Source: Oscillospiraceae bacterium
Lineage (GTDB): Bacteria; Bacillota; Clostridia; Oscillospirales; Oscillospiraceae
NCBI GenBank assembly: GCA_045544935.1
Contig: JAZPZZ010000209.1
Coordinates: 1-45,555 of the forward strand
Direction of reading: 5' to 3'
Length of the DNA stretch: 45,555 nt
Positions within the stretch are counted from its first letter, which is position 1. The number at the start of each line of letters is the position of its first letter. The notes under the pieces were generated by a model. That model was not told where the DNA came from and ran no database searches. It saw only the letters and a list, made by a program, of their open reading frames with translations. Of this stretch, positions 27,044 to 35,223 are shown piece by piece. Position numbers and translations under genes: made by a program.

Positions 27044-27985
27044 TTATTGGTCGTACACGCCCGTGCCCATGATGAGGCTCGCGTTGGCCTCGAAGTGCGA
27101 CGGGGCGATCGTGACGCTGCCGCCGGCGGGGACATCCTTGGCCGAGGCGGTGTAGGTGATGCCGCCGACGAAGGTGTTCTCGTCCGGGTAGAAGTACTTA
27201 TAGAACACGCGCACGACCGGCAGGGGCTCCTGCGTGGTGTTCATGAGGGTGATGGTGTTGTCGTCGTTGATGACGGGGATTACCTTGTCCGAGCCCGGGA
27301 GCATGTCCACCGGCGCGACGACGCGGCTGATCAGCTCGAGCACTTCCTTTGTGTCGCGCTGATGGCGGGATGCCTCGAGCACCACGCAGGACTGACCCGC
27401 GGGCAGATCGGAGACCTTGAAGGAGATCGGCTTGCCGTTTACGTCGAAGGCGTATTCGGCGTACTGAATGTCCTTGTCGCTCGTGTTGACAAACTGCAGC
27501 GCGAGCACGTTTTTGACCTGCTCGTCCGTGCCGTCCTCGAGGAAGGCGCCGTCGTAGCCCGCGGCGAGCGTGCGGATCTCGATGCCGTAGTCGTCGTCCT
27601 TTAGGTTGGTCCACGGCTGCTTTACGGTCTCCTCGCCGGTGCCGGCGGTGCCGCTGCCGGTGTCGGTCTTGACGCCGGAGAGGTTGCTGTTGCCGGTCTG
27701 GCGGATGGTGTCGATCGGGTTTTCATCGAGCACCTCGAGCTCGTTGCCCTCGTCGTCCACGAGGACCTTCTGGCCGTCGTCGTTGATGATGACCGTGCCC
27801 TCCGTGGAGCCCGAGCCCTCGGGCTGCTTGGGGGCGCTGCTCTTCGAGGCGAAGAAGATGCCGAGCGCGATCGCGAGCACGACCAGCACCGCCACGCCCG
27901 TCCAGACGATGGTCATCTTCCGGTTGACCTTGTTGAAGCGGTCAGCCGGGTTTTTGGTTTCTTTCTTTTCGGGTTCCTGACTCAT
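27044..27985 (-). CDS. Single-pass membrane protein, function unknown (Lys-rich cytoplasmic N-tail, TM helix, ~260-aa external domain)
   Basis: ATG 27985 overlaps the rSAM stop (ATGA). TM IVWTGVAVLVVLAIALGIFFA. Third gene of the rSAM operon. Confidence 0.7.
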   Translation of the reverse strand: MSQEPEKKETKNPADRFNKVNRKMTIVWTGVAVLVVLAIALGIFFASKSSAPKQPEGSGSTEGTVIINDDGQKVLVDDEGNELEVLDENPIDTIRQTGNSNLSGVKTDTGSGTAGTGEETVKQPWTNLKDDDYGIEIRTLAAGYDGAFLEDGTDEQVKNVLALQFVNTSDKDIQYAEYAFDVNGKPISFKVSDLPAGQSCVVLEASRHQRDTKEVLELISRVVAPVDMLPGSDKVIPVINDDNTITLMNTTQEPLPVVRVFYKYFYPDENTFVGGITYTASAKDVPAGGSVTIAPSHFEANASLIMGTGVYDQ

Positions 27986-29106
27986 TTTGCGTCCTCCTTC
28001 AGCAGCGCGCGGCAGGCGGGGCCCGTGGCGCGCATCAGATCGCAGCGATACTGCGGTTTCTTGTCGTAGCAGCCGGTTTCGGTATAGATCATGGCGGCGC
28101 AGGAGCGGCAGACGTCCTTCGAGTCGCACGCGGCGCACTCCGCCGGCAGGCGGATGGCCTGCGTCCGAGCGCGCAGCGCCTCCCACGCAGCGGGAAAGCC
28201 CGTTTCGAAGACATTGTAGCTCGGGTCGTCCATCATGGCGCACAGCAGCAGCCGTCCGTCCCACGTGATCCAGAACGAGCTCTTGCCCGCGCGGCAGCGC
28301 ACGCCGTCGCCCTCGCAGTCGAACATGGCGTCCTCCTCGAGCACGCAGTGCGATTCCACGCTCTCGCAGTACTTGAGCAGGTCCTCGCGGCCGCGCTGCA
28401 GCAGACGGATGCGCGCCTCCACGGCGGCGCATTCCTCCGGCGTAAAGCGCTCGTTGCGCCCGATGCTGGTCTCGTCGCGCCGCAGGGGCGGGAACATGTA
28501 GCTCGTGGCCTGCAGGACGAGCTTGCGCTCATCGCTGTAGGCGATGATCTTCTCCAGATCGCAGACGTTGTCCGGCGTGACGCTGCAGTTGAGCTTCACG
28601 GGGATGTTCGCCTCCTGCAGCATCTCGATCGCGCGGGTCACGACGGTGTAGCCCGTGGCGTGATTGCACAATCGGAGATACGTCTCGTCCGACGCGCCGT
28701 AGAGCGTGATGTTGATGCGCTGCGGCGGGTCCTCGGCAAACCATCTGACGGTCTCCTCGTCGATGAGCGTGGCGTTGGAGTTGATGGATATGACGAAGCC
28801 CATTTTCCGAAGTTCCCGATAGAGCTCCCGGAAGCCGGGGTAGGTCAGCGGCTCGCCGCCGGTGAGCAGGAGCAGGAGCGTGCCCTGTTCCTTGAGCACC
28901 TTTGCCAGAGAGAGCCATTCGTCCACGGTGCGCAGCCGCTTGCCGGAGTCTTTCACCTCCTCGGCCGTCATGCGCACATAGCACATTTTGCAGCTCATGG
29001 AGCACATCGGCGTGAGCTCGAACGTGCCCGAGAGCGGGATGCCGCGCACGTCCGCGCGGCGGTGCAGATGCTCCACCAGAGCGCTGGAGCCTCGTTCAGC
29101 AATCAT
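27982..29106 (-). CDS. Radical SAM enzyme with C-terminal SPASM-type Cys-rich domain
   Basis: CSMSCKMC (CxxxCxxC, nt 28981-29004). C-terminal CRAGKSSFWITWDGRLLLC ... CAACDSKDVCRSC ... GCYDKKPQYRC. Confidence 0.9.
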   Translation of the reverse strand: MIAERGSSALVEHLHRRADVRGIPLSGTFELTPMCSMSCKMCYVRMTAEEVKDSGKRLRTVDEWLSLAKVLKEQGTLLLLLTGGEPLTYPGFRELYRELRKMGFVISINSNATLIDEETVRWFAEDPPQRINITLYGASDETYLRLCNHATGYTVVTRAIEMLQEANIPVKLNCSVTPDNVCDLEKIIAYSDERKLVLQATSYMFPPLRRDETSIGRNERFTPEECAAVEARIRLLQRGREDLLKYCESVESHCVLEEDAMFDCEGDGVRCRAGKSSFWITWDGRLLLCAMMDDPSYNVFETGFPAAWEALRARTQAIRLPAECAACDSKDVCRSCAAMIYTETGCYDKKPQYRCDLMRATGPACRALLKEDAK

Positions 29107-29969
29107 TTCGGTTCTCCTTCCAGGGTGTTTCGCAGCAGCGTCACGGGCCGCTCGTCCGGCGTGCAGGCGAGCAGATAGACCGGCACCTCGCTCACGATCT
29201 CCGTCACGAGGCGGATGACGCGCTGGTGCGCATCATGGTGCCAGCGGGGCAGCACCGATTCGGAATAGATCGCGCGGAACGCCTCCGCGAGCGAGAGGCG
29301 GCGGATCGTGTTCTCCGGCGCCTGCCGCAGCACGACGAGCGCGCGGACCGGCGCGTGTTCGTTGCGGTAAATGCCGCTCGTGCCGGCGAAGGGCGAGCCG
29401 AAGGCGGTCCAGACGCCGTCGACGCGGCGGAGCATGCTCCGGTCGCCGTTGAGCGTGTCGGCCCCGGCAAACTGCTCCCAGAGCCCGGCCTGCGTGCTCT
29501 TGCCGGTGCCGGAGGGGGCGGTGAACAAGATCGCGTCGCCCTCGGGTCTGCGCACGAGCGAGGAGTGCAGGCTGAAGGTCTCCAGCCGCGACAGCAGCAG
29601 CTCAAGCTCGGAGGCGTCGAGCAGGTTGTCCAGCGAGCGGACGTAATTGAGCCGGTCGGGATAGACGCAGCCGGTCACGCGCATCGGGTCCTCCTCGCGC
29701 ATCCAGACGCAGGCGCAGGCCTTCAGCGCCGCGGCGGGCAGGCGCTCAATGCGAAGCACGCCGTCTTCCTCCTGCCAGACGCGGGGCGCGCGCTCCTGGA
29801 TGAGCGTGCCGCGCTCCGGCGGCTGCTCCAGACGAAAGCGGAGCGAAACGTCCGCGCCGGGCTTTTCGGTGAGGAAGGGGGCGCAGTTGTCGTGCGTCTC
29901 CAGCTCGATCGGGGAGACGACCTCCCAAAGAAAGCCCGCAATATCCAGTTTGTAGGTAAATTCGGACAT
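29103..29969 (-). CDS. HPr-kinase-C-terminal-like P-loop protein (ScmC/HprK-related kinase-like)
   Basis: ATG 29969 behind GGAG. LHSSLVRRPEGDAILFTAPSGTGKST (P-loop nt 29492-29518) resembles the HprK/PEPCK-type P-loop. Stop overlaps the rSAM start (ATGA). Confidence 0.65.
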   Translation of the reverse strand: MSEFTYKLDIAGFLWEVVSPIELETHDNCAPFLTEKPGADVSLRFRLEQPPERGTLIQERAPRVWQEEDGVLRIERLPAAALKACACVWMREEDPMRVTGCVYPDRLNYVRSLDNLLDASELELLLSRLETFSLHSSLVRRPEGDAILFTAPSGTGKSTQAGLWEQFAGADTLNGDRSMLRRVDGVWTAFGSPFAGTSGIYRNEHAPVRALVVLRQAPENTIRRLSLAEAFRAIYSESVLPRWHHDAHQRVIRLVTEIVSEVPVYLLACTPDERPVTLLRNTLEGEPK

Positions 29970-30004
29970 AAATACTCCAGATTTTGATAATCGTTCAAAA
30001 TAGT

Positions 30005-30033
30005 ATTCTATTACAACGCATTCAAAGATGCAA
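30005..30033 (-). promoter_or_regulatory. Promoter of the HprK-like/rSAM/membrane protein operon
   Basis: Minus strand: TTGCAT (30028-30033), 17 nt spacer, TAGAAT (30005-30010). Confidence 0.6.
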
Positions 30034-30036
30034 GAG

Positions 30037-30064
30037 AAAACCCGCTGAATTTCAGCGGGTTTTT
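30037..30064 (-). terminator. Terminator of the DUF4430/SLH gene
   Basis: aaaacccgctg-aaatt-cagcgggtttt, palindromic with A/T runs on both sides. Confidence 0.8.
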
Positions 30065-30070
30065 CGGAGT

Positions 30071-32293
30071 TTATCGAACAATATATACCATCACGCCGAG
30101 GTCGGTGCACTGCTCGGCGATCAGCGCGCGCAGCGCGCTCTCGGCTTCAAAGCCGCCGTCGTCCCTGCGGAAGGTGAGCAAACGGGAAGCGAGCGTGCTG
30201 ACCTGGTCGCCGTCCAGCTTCACGAAGAAGCTCGGCGCGATTCTGGCCGTGGTCGGGTTTGCCGCCTGCGTCGAGAGCATCTGGCTCGCTAGCATCGCCT
30301 GCGCCGTCGTGTCCGGATCGCCGGAGGAGAAGCCGCCGTTCGGCTGCTGCTGATCGGAGAGCCAGAGCAGCGCGTTGTTCACGGCGTAGAGCACGTCCTC
30401 GTCGGCGAGATACGGCGCGAGCGCCTGCAGCGCCATGGCGGTGCGATTGGCGTCGCCGAAGCTGCCGTCGGCGTTCTGCGCGGCGAGAATCGCCTGCACG
30501 TAGTCGGCGCGGCAGTAGGAGACGTAGCTGCCGGAATCGAGCGCCAGCAGCGCCCAGATCTGCCCCTCCAGGCCGGAGGCATTCACAAACTTCCGGTCGT
30601 TTAAGCGCGCGGTGAGGTCCTGGCCGCCGAGATTCGCGGCGCTGCGGCCCAGCGCCGTCACGGCGAGGACGGTGCCGGCGAGGGTCTTCGCGTCGGGCGC
30701 GTCGAGCCGGCCGTTCGTGGCCTTGGCCTTCGCCTCCACGTCGTAAATGTAGAAATAATAAGCCTCGGGCAGCGCGCGCCCGGTCGCGGCGGCGTTGCGC
30801 GCCGCGTCAAAGACGGTGAGATCGTCCCGGCCGCACTGCGGCGCGGCGACGGCCTCCATCCGGCGCGCGAGCGCGGTGTCCAGCGGGGCGTCCGCCGCGA
30901 GCGTGAGCGCCTTCTCGCCGCCGGTCAGATCGCGCCAGAGGAAGGTGACGATCTGCGCACGGGTGCAGTTGTTGTCGGGGGCGAATTTGCCGCCGCCCAT
31001 GCCGTTCGTGATGCCCTGCTCCACGGCCCAGTCCACGGCCGCGGCGTAGTATTCCCGGGAGGGCACGTCCGAAAAGCCGCCCGCGGTCTTCGCCTTCGGC
31101 TGGCCCTCCATGCGCCAGAGGAACGTGACGGTCTGTCCGCGCGTCACGGTGCTGTCCGGGCCGAAGTGGGTCGCATCAATGCCGGTGGTGATGCCGTTTT
31201 CCAGCGCCCAGAGCACGGGCTTATAGTAATATTCGCCCGCGGCCACGTCCGTGAAGGGGCTCGCCGTGCGCTTCGGCTCGGGCGAGCCCTTCGCGCGCCA
31301 GAGGAAGGTCACCATCTGGCCGCGGGTGCAGCTGCTGTTCGGGCCGAAGTGCGTCTTGTCCACGCCGGTGGTCACGCCGCTGGTCACGGCCCAGTCCGTC
31401 GCCTGGTGATACCACTCCGCGCGGTCCACGTCGACAAACACGCGCGACGGGCAGCCTGCGCCGCCGTCACAGCGCTTTTGCGCGGGCGTTGGGGTCGGAG
31501 TGGGCGCAGGGGTCGGAGTGGGCGCAGGGGTCGGCGTCGGAGTGGGAGTCGGCGTCGGCGTCGGCTCCGCGACGGGCACGAGCTTGATGGTGTAGGCCTT
31601 GCCGCCGTCCACCTTCACGGTGGCGGCGCCGCAGTCGGTTTTCACGGTCCGCGCGCCCCAGCGCGAGGCGTCCTCATTGCCCGCGGTGACAAACACCTTG
31701 TTTCGCCGGTTCGCGGCGGTCGGCTCGATCGTCACACTGCCGATCGGGGCGGGGAGATAGAGCGTGTAGTCCGTCACGTCCGGACGGAAGGAGGGATAGA
31801 GCGCGCCGGCGTCGAAGGTCAGCGCGGCGAGGCGTTTGTCGATGCTCGCGGGGTCCGCGCCCACGTCCCTGCCGCGGTTCGTGGTGTACTGAATTCTGAC
31901 CGTGTCGCCCGCCTGCACGGGCTCGGAGAGCGCCGCGATCCAGCCGTTCACGGACGCGAGCCAGCTGCCGGTGCCATACTCCTTCAGATTGCCGATGCCG
32001 GTCAGCGCGCCGTCCTCATACTGCAGCAGGTTGGACGCGCCGCCGTTTTGATCGCAGGCGGCGGTGAGCGCTTTTTCGACCGTCCATCCGGATTTGTAAT
32101 CCACGGCCGCGTCAAACAGCTGGTCATACCAGATTTGCACGGAATTTCCGCTGACGGTGATGAAATCCTTCCGCACGGCGGTGTTCTCCACGATCACGCG
32201 CACCTTGCCCGCATCGGCGGCATGGGCCGCGCCGGGCAGCAGGGAGATCAGCAGCAGAACCGCAAGCAGCAGACTCGTGGTCCGGTGTTTCAT
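30071..32293 (-). CDS. SLH-anchored surface protein: DUF4430-like domain + cadherin-like beta-sandwich + PT linker + 3 SLH + prenyltransferase/terpene-cyclase-like alpha/alpha toroid
   Basis: ATG 32293 behind GGGAGGG. YGTGSWLASVNGWIAALSEPVQAGDTVRIQY (DUF4430-like). LAALTFDAGALYPSFRPDVTDYTLYLP. Three F.DV....WY....W SLH repeats. Repeated Q..DG.F motifs at the C-terminus. Confidence 0.8.
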   Translation of the reverse strand: MKHRTTSLLLAVLLLISLLPGAAHAADAGKVRVIVENTAVRKDFITVSGNSVQIWYDQLFDAAVDYKSGWTVEKALTAACDQNGGASNLLQYEDGALTGIGNLKEYGTGSWLASVNGWIAALSEPVQAGDTVRIQYTTNRGRDVGADPASIDKRLAALTFDAGALYPSFRPDVTDYTLYLPAPIGSVTIEPTAANRRNKVFVTAGNEDASRWGARTVKTDCGAATVKVDGGKAYTIKLVPVAEPTPTPTPTPTPTPAPTPTPAPTPTPTPAQKRCDGGAGCPSRVFVDVDRAEWYHQATDWAVTSGVTTGVDKTHFGPNSSCTRGQMVTFLWRAKGSPEPKRTASPFTDVAAGEYYYKPVLWALENGITTGIDATHFGPDSTVTRGQTVTFLWRMEGQPKAKTAGGFSDVPSREYYAAAVDWAVEQGITNGMGGGKFAPDNNCTRAQIVTFLWRDLTGGEKALTLAADAPLDTALARRMEAVAAPQCGRDDLTVFDAARNAAATGRALPEAYYFYIYDVEAKAKATNGRLDAPDAKTLAGTVLAVTALGRSAANLGGQDLTARLNDRKFVNASGLEGQIWALLALDSGSYVSYCRADYVQAILAAQNADGSFGDANRTAMALQALAPYLADEDVLYAVNNALLWLSDQQQPNGGFSSGDPDTTAQAMLASQMLSTQAANPTTARIAPSFFVKLDGDQVSTLASRLLTFRRDDGGFEAESALRALIAEQCTDLGVMVYIVR
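31484..31566 (-). repeat. Pro-Thr linker-encoding low-complexity tandem repeat
   Basis: ggggtcggagtgggcgca duplicated, followed by (ggcgtc/ggagtc)n. Encodes PTPTPTPTPTPTPAPTPTPAPTPTPTP. Confidence 0.6.
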
Positions 32294-32422
32294 AACAATC
32301 CCTCCCAATCGAAATTGTTCAGTAAGTCATACTATAGCATAGAGAATTCGGAATCGCAAGGAATTCGTGACAGGCGGAAAGAGGCGCCGCAGGGGGGGGG
32401 GCAAGCCCCTCCCCTGCATGAA

Positions 32423-32794
32423 TCAGTATGTCGATGCTTCAGAGCGGGTCAGCTTCCACACCCCGTTTTCCTTTCGCAGCGTGAAGTCGCCGCGCAGGCG
32501 CCAGAGGTGCGTTCCGCCGCCGTAGACCGCGGCCTCCACGCGGCTGCGCCCGACCAGCTCCGCCGTGTCGCCGCGGAGCGTGACAGAGATCTCGTCGTGC
32601 TCGGCGGAGAAGTAGTGGAAGGTGCCGCGTTTCAGCCCGCGCAGAAATTCGTCCGCGCTCTGCTTTGTGCCGGTCATGTGCATGAGATGATAGTCCTTCG
32701 CCATCATCGCGCGCAGACCGTCCGTGTCCTTTTCGATCATGCAGCGCCAGTAGTCGCGGTAAAGCTGCTCGATTGCGGCTCTGTCGTCCGTCAT
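32423..32794 (-). CDS. NTF2-like (SnoaL/DUF4440-type) small protein
   Basis: 123 aa. AIEQLYRDYWRCMIEKDTDGLRAMMAKDY typical of the NTF2-like fold. Start overlaps the upstream ORF stop (ATGA). Confidence 0.7.
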   Translation of the reverse strand: MTDDRAAIEQLYRDYWRCMIEKDTDGLRAMMAKDYHLMHMTGTKQSADEFLRGLKRGTFHYFSAEHDEISVTLRGDTAELVGRSRVEAAVYGGGTHLWRLRGDFTLRKENGVWKLTRSEASTY

Positions 32795-33012
32795 TCTCTC
32801 TGCTCCTTCGGGTCGAGCATACGGATGACCTTCGCGGGCACGCCGCCGGCCACGGCGTAGTCCGGCACGTCCTTCGTCACGACCGCGCCGGCCGCGACGA
32901 CGGCGTATTCCCCGATCGTCACGCCGGGGCAGATCGTCACGTTCATGCCGATCCAGGCGTTCTTCTTCACGGTCACCTTGCCGTAGGTATAGCGCGTGTG
33001 GCGCTCGTTCAT
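32791..33012 (-). pseudogene. Hexapeptide-repeat O-acetyltransferase, C-terminal remnant only
   Basis: NAWIGMNVTICPGVTIGEYAVVAAGAVVTKDVPDYAVAGGVPAKVIRML equals the last third of Maa/LacA-type acetyltransferases. Similarity continues upstream (APGLRIATINHD) to an in-frame stop near 33075. The N-terminal two thirds are absent. Confidence 0.55.
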
Positions 33013-33254
33013 GTCGTGGTTGATCGTCGCGATCCGGAGTCCGGGCGCGGCGTCTGTCTCGCGCCGGGGTTCTTAAACGACCACAGCGGCCAGTTCGCGT
33101 GGATTCCGTTCGTCTGCCCCGAGCGCTTCGAGTGCGTTCTCTGCACGCACAAAAACGACGGACGCGAGAGCTTAAAGCGCTTCGTGGAGATCCTGCAGGG
33201 GCTGTACAAAGAGGCCGTGGCGTTTCCGCTTTAATGCAGAAGATGTGCGGAACG

Positions 33255-33325
33255 GGTCGTCGAGGACGCCGACCCCTACGACGGGGTGCGGATTTGCGGG
33301 CCGCGAGGGCGTCGGCCCCTACGTT
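33255..33325. repeat. GC-rich REP-like intergenic elements
   Basis: gtcgtcgaggacgccgacccctacga and gagggcgtcggcccctacg. Related to 24408-24462. Confidence 0.4.
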
Positions 33326-33340
33326 GGCCTGCCCGACAGG

Positions 33341-33377
33341 GAAAAAAGAGAGCCTGCATTGCAGGCTCTCTTTTTGA
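33341..33377 (-). terminator. Terminator of rny (palindromic, A/T-flanked)
   Basis: agagagcctgca / tgcaggctctct stem flanked by A6 and T5. Confidence 0.85.
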
Positions 33378-33381
33378 TGTC

Positions 33382-34926
33382 TTATTTGGCGTAGTCGACG
33401 GCCTTCGTCTCGCGGAGCAGATGCACCTTGATCTGGCCGGGGTAGGTGAGCTCGTCCTCGATCTTCTTGGCGATGTCGCGGGCGAGGAGGACCATCTGGT
33501 CCTCGCTGACCTCCTCGGGCTTGACCATGACGCGGATCTCGCGGCCGGCCTGGATGGCGTAGCAGCTGCCGATGCCGGGGAAGGACTTGGTGACCTCCTC
33601 GAGCTTCTCGAGACGCTTGACGTAGTTCTCGATGTTCTCGCGGCGCGCGCCGGGACGGGCGGCGGAGATCGTGTCGGCCGCCTGCACGATGCAGGCCTCG
33701 ACCGTGTGGGCCTCCACGTCGCCGTGGTGCGCCTCGATCGCGTGGATGACGGCCTCGTTCTCCTTGTACTTTCTTGCGAGGTTCACGCCGATGGTCACAT
33801 GGCTGCCCTCGACCTCGTGGTCGATGGACTTGCCCAGGTCGTGGAGAAGACCCGCGCGCTTGGCGATGGCGACGTCGGCGCCCAGCTCGGAGGCGATGGG
33901 CCCCGCGATGTGGGAGACCTCGATGGAGTGCTGCAGCACGTTCTGGCCGTAGCTCGTGCGGTATTTCATGCGGCCGAGCAGCTTGATGATCTCGCTGTTG
34001 AGACCGTGGATGTTCGTCTCGAAGGCAGCGCGCTCACCCTCCTGACGGATGATGGTGTTGACCTCCTTCTGGGCCTTGGCCACCATCTCCTCGATGCGGG
34101 CGGGATGGATGCGGCCGTCCTGAATGAGCTTTTCGAGCGCGAGTCTCGCCACCTCGCGGCGGACCGGGTCGAAGCTGGAGACGGTGATCGCCTCGGGCGT
34201 GTCGTCGATGATCAGATCGCAGCCCGTGAGCGTTTCGATCGCGCGGATGTTGCGGCCTTCGCGGCCGATGATGCGGCCCTTCATCTCGTCGTTCGGCAGG
34301 GGAACGACCGAGACGGTCACTTCGCTCGCGTGGTCGGCGGCGCAGCGCTGGATGGCCGTGCCGATGATCTCGCGTGCCATGGCTTCGGATTCGTCCTTGA
34401 GCTGGCTCTCAATCTCCTTGATCTTGGCGGCCTTCTCGTGGACGACCTCGTTTTCGAGGCTTTCGATGAGGTAGGCCTTCGCCTCCTCGATGGTGTAGCC
34501 GGAGATCTCCTCCAGGCGTTCCTGCTGGGTCTTCTTGATCGCTTTGATCTCGTTCTGCTGCGCCTCCACGTTTGCGAGACGCTGGTTGAGGGAGTCGGTC
34601 TTGCGGTCGAGGGCGTCGGTTTTGCGGTCGAGAGTCTCCTCCTTCTGCTGCAGGCGGGGTTCCTGCTTCTGCAGCTCGCTGCGGCGGGCCTTCTCTTCCT
34701 TCTCGAACTCGGTGCGGTTGCGGTGGATCTCCTCCTTGGCCTCCACGAGCGCTTCGCGCTTCTTGCTCTCGGCGCTCTTGATGGCGTCGTTGAGAATGCG
34801 CTTGGCCTCTTCCTCCGCGCCGGCGATTTCCGCTTCGGCGACCTTTTTACGATAAACAACGCCCAGAATAAAACCGATCACGAGCGCTGCGATGACAGCG
34901 ACCACCCATAAGATGGTGTACGGCAT
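33382..34926 (-). CDS. rny: Ribonuclease Y
   Basis: 514 aa. N-terminal TM helix, coiled-coil, KH domain ([13 protein letters not shown]), HD domain (LLHDLGK). Confidence 0.92.
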   Translation of the reverse strand: MPYTILWVVAVIAALVIGFILGVVYRKKVAEAEIAGAEEEAKRILNDAIKSAESKKREALVEAKEEIHRNRTEFEKEEKARRSELQKQEPRLQQKEETLDRKTDALDRKTDSLNQRLANVEAQQNEIKAIKKTQQERLEEISGYTIEEAKAYLIESLENEVVHEKAAKIKEIESQLKDESEAMAREIIGTAIQRCAADHASEVTVSVVPLPNDEMKGRIIGREGRNIRAIETLTGCDLIIDDTPEAITVSSFDPVRREVARLALEKLIQDGRIHPARIEEMVAKAQKEVNTIIRQEGERAAFETNIHGLNSEIIKLLGRMKYRTSYGQNVLQHSIEVSHIAGPIASELGADVAIAKRAGLLHDLGKSIDHEVEGSHVTIGVNLARKYKENEAVIHAIEAHHGDVEAHTVEACIVQAADTISAARPGARRENIENYVKRLEKLEEVTKSFPGIGSCYAIQAGREIRVMVKPEEVSEDQMVLLARDIAKKIEDELTYPGQIKVHLLRETKAVDYAK

Positions 34927-35139
34927 TGTAGGTCAGATTCCTCCATTCTCGTCTGTTCTCTTTTAGATTCGGAAAGACGGGGAAAGCCCCGTCGGGTAAG
35001 TGTCAAATATTTCAAACGAAGTCTCCACACTCCGCATAAAATATCACCATATTATTCTAGCGGCCTTTCAACATTATGTCAAGTATGTCGGGGCGATTTT
35101 TCCGCTGAAGTTTTCTGAAAAAACACGCCCTCCGGAGGT

Positions 35140-35168
35140 TTGACAGCGCAGGTTGCGCACTTTATAAT
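35140..35168 (+). promoter_or_regulatory. Consensus sigma-70 promoter of the TIR gene
   Basis: TTGACA (35140-35145), 17 nt spacer, TATAAT (35163-35168). Confidence 0.7.
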
Positions 35169-35223
35169 ATATGTAAAAAAACGGCGGCGAGGGCCGTCGC
35201 TGCAGTGTTTGGGAGGGAGCCGG

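Noticed and set aside
31484-31566. Tandem nucleotide repeat considered as a contingency locus or regulatory VNTR.
   Set aside because: It lies in frame inside a CDS and simply encodes a Pro-Thr linker. The units are imperfect.
33009-33209. 66-aa minus-strand ORF upstream of the acetyltransferase remnant, considered as the frameshifted N-terminal part of that enzyme.
   Set aside because: None of the three minus-strand frames shows hexapeptide-repeat or Maa/LacA N-terminal motifs. The acetyltransferase similarity stops at about 33075.
34971-34996. Hairpin gacgggg-aaa-gccccgtc upstream of rny, considered as a terminator or riboswitch.
   Set aside because: No gene reads into it on either strand, and no recognisable riboswitch core is present. 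It is most simply a 5'-UTR structure of rny, and evidence for more is lacking.
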